Assembly (NCBI GenBank): GCA_049290235.1
Contig: JBATNG010000045.1
Span: 12,717 to 76,716, forward strand
Reading direction: 5' to 3'
Origin: Candidatus Moraniibacteriota bacterium
GTDB lineage: Bacteria; Patescibacteriota; Minisyncoccia; Moranbacterales; UBA1568
DNA: 64,000 nt
Below, in pieces: positions 8,407 to 16,682 of this stretch. The stretch's first letter is position 1. Each line of letters starts with the position of its first letter. The notes beneath the pieces are model-generated. The model was not told where the DNA came from and searched no databases. It saw only the letters and a list, made by a program, of their open reading frames with translations. The translations under genes and the position numbers were made by a program.

Positions 8407-10035
8407 CTAGGAACTCTCTTGAACGAGCTGGCCGCCGAGCATGTGGATCGCCTCGTCGATGATGGCGGGGCGTTCAGCTGAGGCGACAGGTGCCTCAGTC
8501 GCGGCATCTTTCTCCGTGGTGATGCTCCACGGCGTATGAAACCCCAAAATCGTAACAAAGGCCTGGTCGAGTGTCAATCGATTCGTCTTCTGTTCGAGTC
8601 GTTCCTTGTGAAAGGGATACTTCACTTGGAGCATGAGCTTCTCGTTTTTGATGATAGGTGTGGCGGTCGAGAGCGCGACGCCGAGGGAGGCATTGAGCCG
8701 GAGCGCATGCGTCATGATGGTCGGCCACTGACGGAGTGCGAGGCCGAGATCGACTGTAGCATCAGTCTCGGCCAGTTTTTCCTCGGCAGAGGACAGCACT
8801 GAGGTGGGGGTCAAAGCTGACTTCTTGGGTGCGGCGGGAGCAGCTAGAACGGACGGTGATCGCTCGGGAGTGACTACTTTCGGCTGGCTCACGGGCGCCG
8901 CCAGAGGCGTGACTTTCGGTGCAGCTGAAGCTATAACGGGCGGCTGTTCGCTTTGGATGAGCTTGACGAGTGCGATCTCGATCGGGAGTTCGGGGAGAGG
9001 GGAGACCTTGATGAGGCGATCCGCTTCCTGGAAACGCTCGAGGCACTCGACGATACGGCTGGAACCGAGGGTCGTGGCGAGTGTGAAGAGCTCGGCCTTT
9101 TCTTCTTTCGTGAAATCATCGATGAGTTTCTCCGCTGTTGCCCTATCGACGGATGCGAAGAGGAGCTTGCGGCAGTATTCAAGCAGCGACAGGGTGAATC
9201 CGGCGAGCTGGGCCCCCGTGTCTCTCAATTCTGCGACGGTCGCGAAGGCACGTGTCAGATCGCGCGTGGCGATAGCACTGATGAGCGCATGATTGGCAGC
9301 CAGGGTCGTCGTCCCGAGGAGGAGGGCGACGCGGGCCGCATCGATCGGGGACTCTTCGAGCGTCGCGATCTGAGTGAAGAGCACCTCGGCATCGCGCATA
9401 CCACCTTGGGCGGTGCGGGCGATCAAGGTGAGGGCGTCCTTTTCAACCTTAAGTTTTTCAGCCTTGGCAATTTTCTCGAGTTTCTGCACGATCATCTCCA
9501 CGGGGAAGCGTCGGAGATCGAGGCGGAGCGTGCGGGAGAGGATGGTCTCTGGGACTTTGGCGGCGTTGGTGGTGGCGAGGACAAAGACGACATGGTCCGG
9601 CGGTTCTTCAAGTGTCTTCAAGAGGGCATTCCAAGCACCGATGGAGAGCATGTGGGCCTCATCAATGATATAGACTTTGTGGCTCCCGAGGACGGGTGCA
9701 CTGGTGACGGTTTCGCGGAGTTCGCGGATATTGTCGACACCGGTATGTGAGGCGGCATCGATCTCGATGATGTCGAGCGATCGACCGTCAGTGAACGCGA
9801 GGCAATGCGGACACTCGCCGCAGGGCTCGAAACTGTTCCGATTCGAACAGTTGAGGGCCTTGGCGAAGAGGCGCGCCAAAGTCGTCTTGCCGGTGCCGCG
9901 CGGGCCAGTGAAGAGAAACGCATGGGCGAGCTTGTCGGTGAGGAGACTCTGGGTGAGGACGGTGACCGCGGTATCTTGGCCGATGACGTCTTTGAAACGG
10001 AGCGGGCGGTATTTACGGTAAAAGGTTTCGGACAT
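8407..10035 (-). CDS. dnaX: DNA polymerase III subunit gamma/tau
   Basis: 542 aa. RYRPLRFKDVIGQ...AFLFTGPRGTGKTTLARLFAKALNC...CGECPHC (Zn module)...YIIDEAHMLS...SRT(L) box motifs. Confidence 0.95.
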   Translation of the reverse strand: MSETFYRKYRPLRFKDVIGQDTAVTVLTQSLLTDKLAHAFLFTGPRGTGKTTLARLFAKALNCSNRNSFEPCGECPHCLAFTDGRSLDIIEIDAASHTGVDNIRELRETVTSAPVLGSHKVYIIDEAHMLSIGAWNALLKTLEEPPDHVVFVLATTNAAKVPETILSRTLRLDLRRFPVEMIVQKLEKIAKAEKLKVEKDALTLIARTAQGGMRDAEVLFTQIATLEESPIDAARVALLLGTTTLAANHALISAIATRDLTRAFATVAELRDTGAQLAGFTLSLLEYCRKLLFASVDRATAEKLIDDFTKEEKAELFTLATTLGSSRIVECLERFQEADRLIKVSPLPELPIEIALVKLIQSEQPPVIASAAPKVTPLAAPVSQPKVVTPERSPSVLAAPAAPKKSALTPTSVLSSAEEKLAETDATVDLGLALRQWPTIMTHALRLNASLGVALSTATPIIKNEKLMLQVKYPFHKERLEQKTNRLTLDQAFVTILGFHTPWSITTEKDAATEAPVASAERPAIIDEAIHMLGGQLVQESS

Positions 10036-10064
10036 AGTTCTTGGGTTTGTCAGCAGTGACTCTC

Positions 10065-10092
10065 ATTATACCTTTCCTGAGGGTGAAACAAA
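10065..10092 (-). promoter_or_regulatory. sigma70-like promoter for dnaX
   Basis: Minus strand: -35 TTTGTT (10087-10092), 16-nt spacer, -10 TATAAT (10065-10070), about 30 nt upstream of the dnaX ATG. Confidence 0.5.
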
Positions 10093-10111
10093 ACCCCGCT
10101 TTTGGGCGGGG
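10082..10111 (-). terminator. Rho-independent terminator downstream of gtrA
   Basis: Hairpin CCCCGC-TTTTGG-GCGGGG (10094-10111), followed on the minus strand by TTTTGTTTCACC. Confidence 0.6.
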
Positions 10112-10187
10112 AAAAAGTCAACGCCGGAACGCTAACTTTTTTAGGAGTGAACCCTTCGATACACTCAGGGTGATTTTCAAGAGAAAA

Positions 10188-10667
10188 TCATTTCTTGAAG
10201 ACGAAGAGCTTGTAACCGACGAAGTTCCAGACGAGCGATACGCCGGTGGCCATGAGCTTCGCGAAAAGCACCCACAGTCGTTCGCTCAGGCCGAAGAGGG
10301 GAATGACATTCCCGGTGATGAGCGTGAGGATGCCGCCGTTGATGCCGATACCGATGACACTGATGATGAGGAATTGGGAGAACTTGAACGGTTCCTGCTG
10401 AGTCTTGGTCTTGTCCTCAAAAGTCCAGTACTTGTTCATGAAATAGCTGTTGATCACAGCGACCGAAAAAGAAATTGCATTGAGGATGAAGAGCTCATAA
10501 CCGTGCGTAATCCCAGTCACGGTGACCAGCCCGTAGAGGACAGCAAAATCTATCCCGGTGTTGATGCCACCGACGATGACGAATTTCGAGAATTGCTTCA
10601 CGAGACGGATGATTCGATCCTTCGGCCAAACTGAAACCGTTTCCGCGGGTACGACAGGAACGTCCAT
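10188..10667 (-). CDS. GtrA-family membrane protein (polysaccharide synthesis / bactoprenol-linked sugar translocase family)
   Basis: 159 aa with 4 TM segments. RLVKQFSKFVIVGGINTGIDFAVLYGL and WNFVGYKLFVFKK match the GtrA-like pattern. Confidence 0.8.
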   Translation of the reverse strand: MDVPVVPAETVSVWPKDRIIRLVKQFSKFVIVGGINTGIDFAVLYGLVTVTGITHGYELFILNAISFSVAVINSYFMNKYWTFEDKTKTQQEPFKFSQFLIISVIGIGINGGILTLITGNVIPLFGLSERLWVLFAKLMATGVSLVWNFVGYKLFVFKK

Positions 10668-10688
10668 GATGAGAATTACGATTGTTGA

Positions 10689-11450
10689 TTAGCGGCCCTC
10701 AGCGATTTCTTTCTCGATGGCTTCCATATCCTTCACCCAGGCATCGAGCGGGGAGGGTTCAGTGCTCGGGGCAACGACAGGCGCAACAGGTGTTTCAATC
10801 ACAGGATCCGAAGCCGGGGCGGCGAGATCTTTTTTCCAGTCAGTATTAAGGTGACGCTTGCTCGCTGGTTTCACGACCGGGGCGGGAGCACCGAGGGCAC
10901 CTTTCTGGAGGATGTTCTCAATTGCGACCCAAGAGGATGTGAGATCGCGCGGCATCGTGACGGCGACTTCATCACCTGGTTCGGCGCGGAAGTAGGTGAT
11001 CGAAGCGAGGAGTACGCGGAATGGTTCACCCTCGACGACGATATGATAGTTGCCATTCTCGTCTTGACTGACGATACCCAACGCATGGCGCCGATCGATG
11101 GGCCCGATCTGTTTATAGATGAATGAGCCGTCTGGGGTGATGGTGAGCTTCAACATGTCACCTTCGACGAGCTTGGACTTGGATGCATAATTGGCCGGGA
11201 CCGGATACTGCTTGCCGTCGGTACCGAGCATTATTTGACCGTCGAATGTCCCCTCGATCACCGTCCCGAGAGCGTCATCGTCGGACTTCTTCGGGCGACC
11301 GGTCTTTTTCTTGCCTTCGATCTGGAGCAACATCGCCTTGGCACCCTGGATAGTGCGCTCGGCATTCAAAATCATATCCCGGAGAGCCTGGATTTTATTG
11401 CCTTGGTCCGGCGCAGATGATGAGTTCGGTTCAGTGGAAACGTCAACCAT
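10689..11450 (-). CDS. hypothetical protein
   Basis: 253-aa ORF with a Lys-rich segment (KKKTGRPKK) and a Pro/Ala/Val-rich C-terminus. No family recognised. Confidence 0.45.
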   Translation of the reverse strand: MVDVSTEPNSSSAPDQGNKIQALRDMILNAERTIQGAKAMLLQIEGKKKTGRPKKSDDDALGTVIEGTFDGQIMLGTDGKQYPVPANYASKSKLVEGDMLKLTITPDGSFIYKQIGPIDRRHALGIVSQDENGNYHIVVEGEPFRVLLASITYFRAEPGDEVAVTMPRDLTSSWVAIENILQKGALGAPAPVVKPASKRHLNTDWKKDLAAPASDPVIETPVAPVVAPSTEPSPLDAWVKDMEAIEKEIAEGR

Positions 11451-11590
11451 ACGTTTTATATTTTCTTTGTTTTTATCGGGAAACTTTCTACTTCGTTTTC
11501 CTGTCTAAAATTATACAAGACATATTTGTCAACTGCAAACAACTCTGAGTCTGGGAGTCGACTGGATTATTCAACAACTCAGCACCACCC

Positions 11591-11620
11591 TTGACAAAAT
11601 ATGGTAATATGCGTTAATAT
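11591..11620 (+). promoter_or_regulatory. promoter for the sigma-region-4/HARE-HTH gene
   Basis: -35 TTGACA (11591-11596), 18-nt spacer, -10 TAATAT (11615-11620). An overlapping extended -10-like TGGTAATAT (11602-11610) is also present. Confidence 0.5.
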
Positions 11621-11648
11621 GAGGCGTCTTCAAATCTGATAATTATCA

Positions 11649-12734
11649 ATGCTTTTTATGGCTGAAAGAAGGAAACCGATCGATCTCGTCCACCTGTCAA
11701 GCGCCCGCTCTGCCGAAGAGCTGTTGGGGATGCTGCTTTCGTCTTTTCCGGAGCGTTCGGGTGTCATCACTCGTCTGCGTTATGGGGTCACTGATGGCCA
11801 AGAAAAGACGCTAGAGGAAATCGGTACCGTGCACGGCATCACCCGCGAGCGAGTTCGCCAAATCGTCGATGTCATCATGAAGCGGATAAAGGAAATCATG
11901 GTCCGTGCCGATGATCATCGGCTGGTGAAGCAGGTGATCGAGACGGTCGCGGCTGCGGGCGGTATCATGCCGGTGCATGAACTGCTGAGTCGCCTCGGTG
12001 GCGGCAAGACTTCGGAAGAGAAAGCGCTCCTCTCGCTCCTCCCGACCTTCCCTGGACTTCAGATCGACAAGGAAACTGCCAAGCGCAAGTCGATTGTCAC
12101 GGTCAAAGGATTTTCGATGGACAAATGGGAAGCGTTGCATGCGATGGCGGTCAAATTGCTCCAGACGGCCGATGAAGTACAGTCGCCGGAGAATTTCTAT
12201 GCGCTGTATGTGAAACAGACCGGTGACACAGAGCTGACCAAAGACGTTTTCGAAGCGTTCATCGCGCCATCGGCAGAGATTGAGAAGAACGCCTTCGGTC
12301 GTTATGGTTTGAACCATTGGAGCGCTGTGCGTCCGCGCGGGACTCGTGAGCGTGCCCACCTCATCCTCCAGGTGATGAAAAAGCCGCTCCATTTCCGTGA
12401 GATTGCCCGGCTCATCGACGAGCATGGCCTGTACAAAGCCGGGAAGAAAACACATCCGCAAACAGTCCACAATGAACTCATCAAAGATCAGCGTTTTGTT
12501 TTGGTCGGTCGCGGGACCTATGCGCTTTCGGATTGGGGCTTCCAGCCAGGGACAGTCCGCGAAGTGCTCTCGTCTATCTTGAAGGAACATGCGGCACCGA
12601 TGACACGGGAAGAGCTGCTGAAGGCCGTCATGAAAGTCCGCCAGGTGAAACGTTCGACGGTCATCATCAACCTCAATAGCTTTTTCACGAAGGTCGGGAA
12701 GAACATCTATTCGCTTTCAGACAAACAACGCTGA
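11649..12734 (+). CDS. DNA-binding protein with N-terminal sigma-70 region-4-like HTH and C-terminal HARE-HTH-like domain
   Basis: The N-terminal roughly 90 aa contain RLRYGVTDGQEKTLEEIGTVHGITRERVRQI, a textbook sigma-70 region 4.2 helix-turn-helix. The C-terminus has KPLHFREIARLIDEHGLYKAGKKTHPQTVHNELIKDQRFVLVGRGTYALSDWG, matching the HARE-HTH pattern of RNA polymerase delta/RpoE-type proteins. Confidence 0.6.
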   Translation: MLFMAERRKPIDLVHLSSARSAEELLGMLLSSFPERSGVITRLRYGVTDGQEKTLEEIGTVHGITRERVRQIVDVIMKRIKEIMVRADDHRLVKQVIETVAAAGGIMPVHELLSRLGGGKTSEEKALLSLLPTFPGLQIDKETAKRKSIVTVKGFSMDKWEALHAMAVKLLQTADEVQSPENFYALYVKQTGDTELTKDVFEAFIAPSAEIEKNAFGRYGLNHWSAVRPRGTRERAHLILQVMKKPLHFREIARLIDEHGLYKAGKKTHPQTVHNELIKDQRFVLVGRGTYALSDWGFQPGTVREVLSSILKEHAAPMTREELLKAVMKVRQVKRSTVIINLNSFFTKVGKNIYSLSDKQR

Positions 12735-12889
12735 TTTGTTTGCGTCTGCGTCTGTCGGCTAGGTAATTTGTGCGAGGGGATAGGATTTTCTTTCGGACCG
12801 ATGTAGTTCGGACATTTTGCTCCCGAGTGAAAACTCTTTATACTATTGGGAGAGGAGACAGCGTTCTCCATAACGAGTGATATCCCGGC

Positions 12890-14167
12890 ATGGCCGAATT
12901 TTTTTACAACCTGTTCACGATCGCTTCCGTGGCGAGTGATGTGTGGTTCTATATCATCCCATTCGTCTTCTATCCGGTTTTCATGTTCCTCTGGATGGAC
13001 AGTCGGAATGATATATTTGGCAGCAAGATCGAGTGGGTGCTGCTCGAGATCATCGCGCCGAAATTGTTGGAGAAGAGTCCACACCCGATGGAGCTGATTT
13101 ATTCCGGGTTTGCTGGAGTGATCAAGACGTCATCCGCGTATGAGGAATTCATCCTGGGAGAATTACCGGTCACGTTTTCACTCGAACTCGTGAGTACTGA
13201 GGGGAAAGTACACATGTACATCCGGACGCAGAAAGCCTTCCGCAATCTCGTCGAAGCTCATTTTTACGCGCAGTACCCGGATGTCGAGATTGTCGAAGCG
13301 GAGGATTATGCGAAACAGGTGCCGCGGACGGTTCCCAACAAGGACTGGGATTTGTGGGGGACGGAGTTCAAACTCCTCAAGCCCGATCTCTATCCGATAC
13401 GGACCTATAAATTTTTCGAAGAATCGGTGACCGGGAAAATGCTCGACCCGATGGCGGGGTTGATTGAAACCATGGGCAAGCTCGGTCCGGGCCAGCATCT
13501 CTGGCTACAATTCCTCGCGACACCGGTGAAAGAAGACTGGGGGCCCAAGAAAGGTGCGTTGACCATCGAAGAATTTCTCGGTCATGAGGAAGTGGAGAGC
13601 CCGGGGATTTTCGCGCGTGTTTGGCATGACTTGGCGGATGTCTTTCATAATCTCTTCTCCGGCCTGATGGGGAGCGAGTTGACGTGGACCAGTCAGGAGG
13701 AAGCGGCCAAAGCCGAAGAGCAACCCGTCGAATTCCGGCTCACCCCCGGACAGAAGGATATCCTGAAAGCACTCGAGAGTAATATCGGAAAACCGATGTT
13801 CAAAATCAAGATGCGTCATATTTATCTCGGGAAGAAAGAACATTTTTCTAAAGCGACCGGCGTGTCGGCGTTCATCGGGGCGATCAAACAGTTCAATGAT
13901 CTCTCGATGAACAGTATGATCCCGGATGATATGACGAAGACCTATGCGAGCTATGTCATGGTCGAACCGCGCCTCCGGTATCGGCAGCGGCGGCTTTTCC
14001 GGCGGTACATCACACGCGATACTGATCCTCAGGAGAACCGTTTTATGTTTTCGTCTGAGGAAATGGCGACGATCTACCACCTCCCCGACATGCAGGTACT
14101 CGCTCCGTCGCTCTCTCGCGTGATGACGAAGCGAGGTGGCGCGCCGGGCAATTTACCGGTACAATGA
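12890..14167 (+). CDS. hypothetical membrane-anchored protein (partner of the downstream T4CP-like ATPase)
   Basis: 425 aa. Hydrophobic N-terminus (NLFTIASVASDVWFYIIPFVFYPVFMFLWM) predicts 1-2 TM helices. The remainder is soluble with no recognised domain. It is co-directional with, and 74 nt upstream of, the coupling-protein-like gene. Confidence 0.5.
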   Translation: MAEFFYNLFTIASVASDVWFYIIPFVFYPVFMFLWMDSRNDIFGSKIEWVLLEIIAPKLLEKSPHPMELIYSGFAGVIKTSSAYEEFILGELPVTFSLELVSTEGKVHMYIRTQKAFRNLVEAHFYAQYPDVEIVEAEDYAKQVPRTVPNKDWDLWGTEFKLLKPDLYPIRTYKFFEESVTGKMLDPMAGLIETMGKLGPGQHLWLQFLATPVKEDWGPKKGALTIEEFLGHEEVESPGIFARVWHDLADVFHNLFSGLMGSELTWTSQEEAAKAEEQPVEFRLTPGQKDILKALESNIGKPMFKIKMRHIYLGKKEHFSKATGVSAFIGAIKQFNDLSMNSMIPDDMTKTYASYVMVEPRLRYRQRRLFRRYITRDTDPQENRFMFSSEEMATIYHLPDMQVLAPSLSRVMTKRGGAPGNLPVQ

Positions 14168-14241
14168 TGAACACTCCAGTCGTCCTGCTCGGGAGGGTTT
14201 GCGGGTTATAAAGATCAACGCATCTTATTTATCAGAGAAAT

Positions 14242-16377
14242 ATGTCAGAGCTCGATACCAATCCGATCACCGTCTTTGCCAAGACTAATTTCCGAAATCA
14301 GGAGCGAGTTTTCGGAATCAAGGCGGATGATCGCCGTCGGCATATGTATATCCTGGGAAAGACGGGTATGGGCAAGACGAACTTGCTCGAGAATCTGGCT
14401 ATCCAGGATATCCAGCAGGGGCATGGAATCTGTTTCATCGATCCGCACGGTGATGTCGCTCTGAAACTCATCAAGGCGATCCCACCGGAACGTATCAACG
14501 ACGTGATTTATTTCGACCCGGCAGACCAGCATTTTCCGATTGCTTTTAATGTGCTCGAGCAGGTGGGTGCCGACCAGCGTTCAGTCGTCGCATCCGGCCT
14601 TGTCAGTGTTTTTAAGAAAATCTGGGCGGATTCGTGGGGTCCGCGACTTGAATATATCCTCCGCAATGCCATTCTTGCATTGCTCGAATATCCTGGTGCG
14701 ACACTGCTCGGCGTGATGCGCATCCTCGTCGATAAATCGTATCGTGAGCGTGTGATGGAAAAGGTGACGGATCCAGTCGTGAAACAATTCTGGACCGTCG
14801 AATTCGCTGGATGGAATGAGCGTGTGCTTCAAGAAGTCATCTCACCGATTCAGAACAAGGTCGGACAGTTCACGTCCAATAGTTTGATCAGAAATATCAT
14901 CGGACAGCCGACAAGTGCGTTTGACGTGCGGAAAATCATGGACGAGCGGAAGATCCTGATTATGAATCTCGCCAAGGGCAAGATCGGCGAGGACTCGACC
15001 GCACTCCTCGGTGCCATGATGGTCACGAAGATCCAGCAGGCCGCGATGAGCCGAGTCGATACTGTCGAAGAAGACCGGAAGGATTTTTATCTCTATATCG
15101 ACGAGTTTCAGAATTTCGCTACTCTTTCATTTGCGAATATCCTGTCGGAGGCGCGCAAGTACCGACTCTCTCTTATTCTCGCAAATCAGTACATCACCCA
15201 GTTCGAAGAAGAGATTCGTGATGCAATTTTTGGTAACGCTGGGACGATTATATCTTTTCGAGTCGGGGCCATGGATGCAGAGTTTCTCGAGAAGGAATTT
15301 GAGCCTGTGTTCATGTTGAATGATATGGTCAACCTGCCCAAATATCAGATTTATCTGAAGCTCATGATTGATGGGATTGCCGGGGATGCGTTTTCGGCGA
15401 CGACTTTACCGCCAATTCTCGTCGAAACAGAAGGTATCGATGAGAAAGTGATCGCAGTGACCCGCGAACGCTATGCATCCTCGCGAGAAGAAGTGGAGGA
15501 AAAGATCCGGCGTTGGACGGGCATGCTTACGGACGAAGAGAAACAAGCTCTCCGTGCCCCCGTGCCAGTTTCCTCAGCTCCGCGACCGTCGTCTGCCCGG
15601 CCGACTCAACGTACCGCCACAGTCGTTACCCGTCCAGCTGTCCGTGAACGGGTCCCGGCGCATGGGACCGAGAGTATTGTAAAGAGTCGTGACCGGGCGA
15701 CTGATGTCGCGACGCCGCAGCCTGTCACCCAGCCGATCGCGCCGCAGCCGATCAGAGTGAAAGAACCCCAATCTCCAGACGTGGTAACGAAACCAAAGGC
15801 GATCACTGAAGCCATCTCAACACCAACCGCTCCCTTGGTCACTGCTCAATTTGAAAAACCGTCCGTCAGTAAATCTCCAGCACCCGAGGTGGTACCGGTG
15901 GTGATGGCGCCATCTCCGAAGCCAGCGGTCGTACCAGCGATTGAGACGTTTGAAGCTGCAGAGGGAACGCTCGCAACCGAGGCGCCGGTCGAGATCCCTG
16001 AGAAAGTATTGTATCCCGCTGTTTGCGCGACCTGTAGCCTAGAGATCGAAGTCCCTTTTGTACCCGATGCTTCGCGTCCGACTTTTTGTAAGGATTGTCT
16101 GCGCGACTACCAGCGGGCTGTCGCACGGGAACGAAACCAGATAGCTGGGAAACCTGTGGTTGCTGGTGCTTCATCGGCTGAGCCGATACACGAGCAGCCC
16201 CGACGCACGACGGAACACCGTTCCTACGTCCCTGCCCAATATCCTCTGCGGCTTTCCCAGGCGCAATACATCGAACCCAAGAAATTCAAATCGCTCCGCC
16301 GTAAGCCCGATATCAATGTGAGCGCTGTGCGTGCGCTCATCGACGAGGCACGGCAGGGAAAAGACGAGGAGGCTTGA
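14242..16377 (+). CDS. type IV coupling protein-like ATPase (TrwB/TraD/VirD4 family P-loop NTPase) with Pro/Ala/Thr-rich linker and C-terminal zinc-ribbon
   Basis: Walker A ILGKTGMGKTNLL. ICFIDPHGD resembles the IVDPNGD motif of TrwB-type coupling proteins. Walker B with a TraG-D_C-like segment: YLYIDEFQNFATLSFANILSEARKYRLSLILANQYITQFEEEIRDAIFGNAGTIISFRVG. No N-terminal TM segments. The C-terminal 280 aa are low-complexity (P/A/T/V-rich), then CATCSLEIEVPFVPDASRPTFCKDCLRDYQ (CxxC...CxxC). Confidence 0.7.
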   Translation: MSELDTNPITVFAKTNFRNQERVFGIKADDRRRHMYILGKTGMGKTNLLENLAIQDIQQGHGICFIDPHGDVALKLIKAIPPERINDVIYFDPADQHFPIAFNVLEQVGADQRSVVASGLVSVFKKIWADSWGPRLEYILRNAILALLEYPGATLLGVMRILVDKSYRERVMEKVTDPVVKQFWTVEFAGWNERVLQEVISPIQNKVGQFTSNSLIRNIIGQPTSAFDVRKIMDERKILIMNLAKGKIGEDSTALLGAMMVTKIQQAAMSRVDTVEEDRKDFYLYIDEFQNFATLSFANILSEARKYRLSLILANQYITQFEEEIRDAIFGNAGTIISFRVGAMDAEFLEKEFEPVFMLNDMVNLPKYQIYLKLMIDGIAGDAFSATTLPPILVETEGIDEKVIAVTRERYASSREEVEEKIRRWTGMLTDEEKQALRAPVPVSSAPRPSSARPTQRTATVVTRPAVRERVPAHGTESIVKSRDRATDVATPQPVTQPIAPQPIRVKEPQSPDVVTKPKAITEAISTPTAPLVTAQFEKPSVSKSPAPEVVPVVMAPSPKPAVVPAIETFEAAEGTLATEAPVEIPEKVLYPAVCATCSLEIEVPFVPDASRPTFCKDCLRDYQRAVARERNQIAGKPVVAGASSAEPIHEQPRRTTEHRSYVPAQYPLRLSQAQYIEPKKFKSLRRKPDINVSAVRALIDEARQGKDEEA

Positions 16378-16551
16378 TTCCCTGAGAGCCGATTCAATTT
16401 CTCAACGCTAATAAAGGGCAGAAACAAGCGCTTGTCTCATAAAATATCCAGATTTTTGTTGAAAACATCTCAGGGCTCGTTGGGTTATCGTGATAGCCCA
16501 CCCTGCCCGAAATGCTACGCATACCGTTGCAGGCGGGCTCACTTTTCGATT

Positions 16552-16606
16552 TTTTCATCTCACAATCTGAATATTTTCTCGAGACATGAGATCTTGAACA
16601 GGCTCT
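16552..16606. repeat. intergenic repeat copy (half-copy of the MITE-like element at 54339-54526)
   Basis: 52/54 nt identical to the reverse complement of 54341-54394. It contains the 19-nt motif GAGATCTTGAACAGGCTCT, which also forms the terminal inverted repeats of the 54.3-kb element. Confidence 0.6.
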
Positions 16607-16682
16607 CTGATTCTGATAGTCTGATCAACCCCAGGATTTCGGCGTCTGTTTGATAACCCTTCTTGCCGGTAATTGGTATTCG

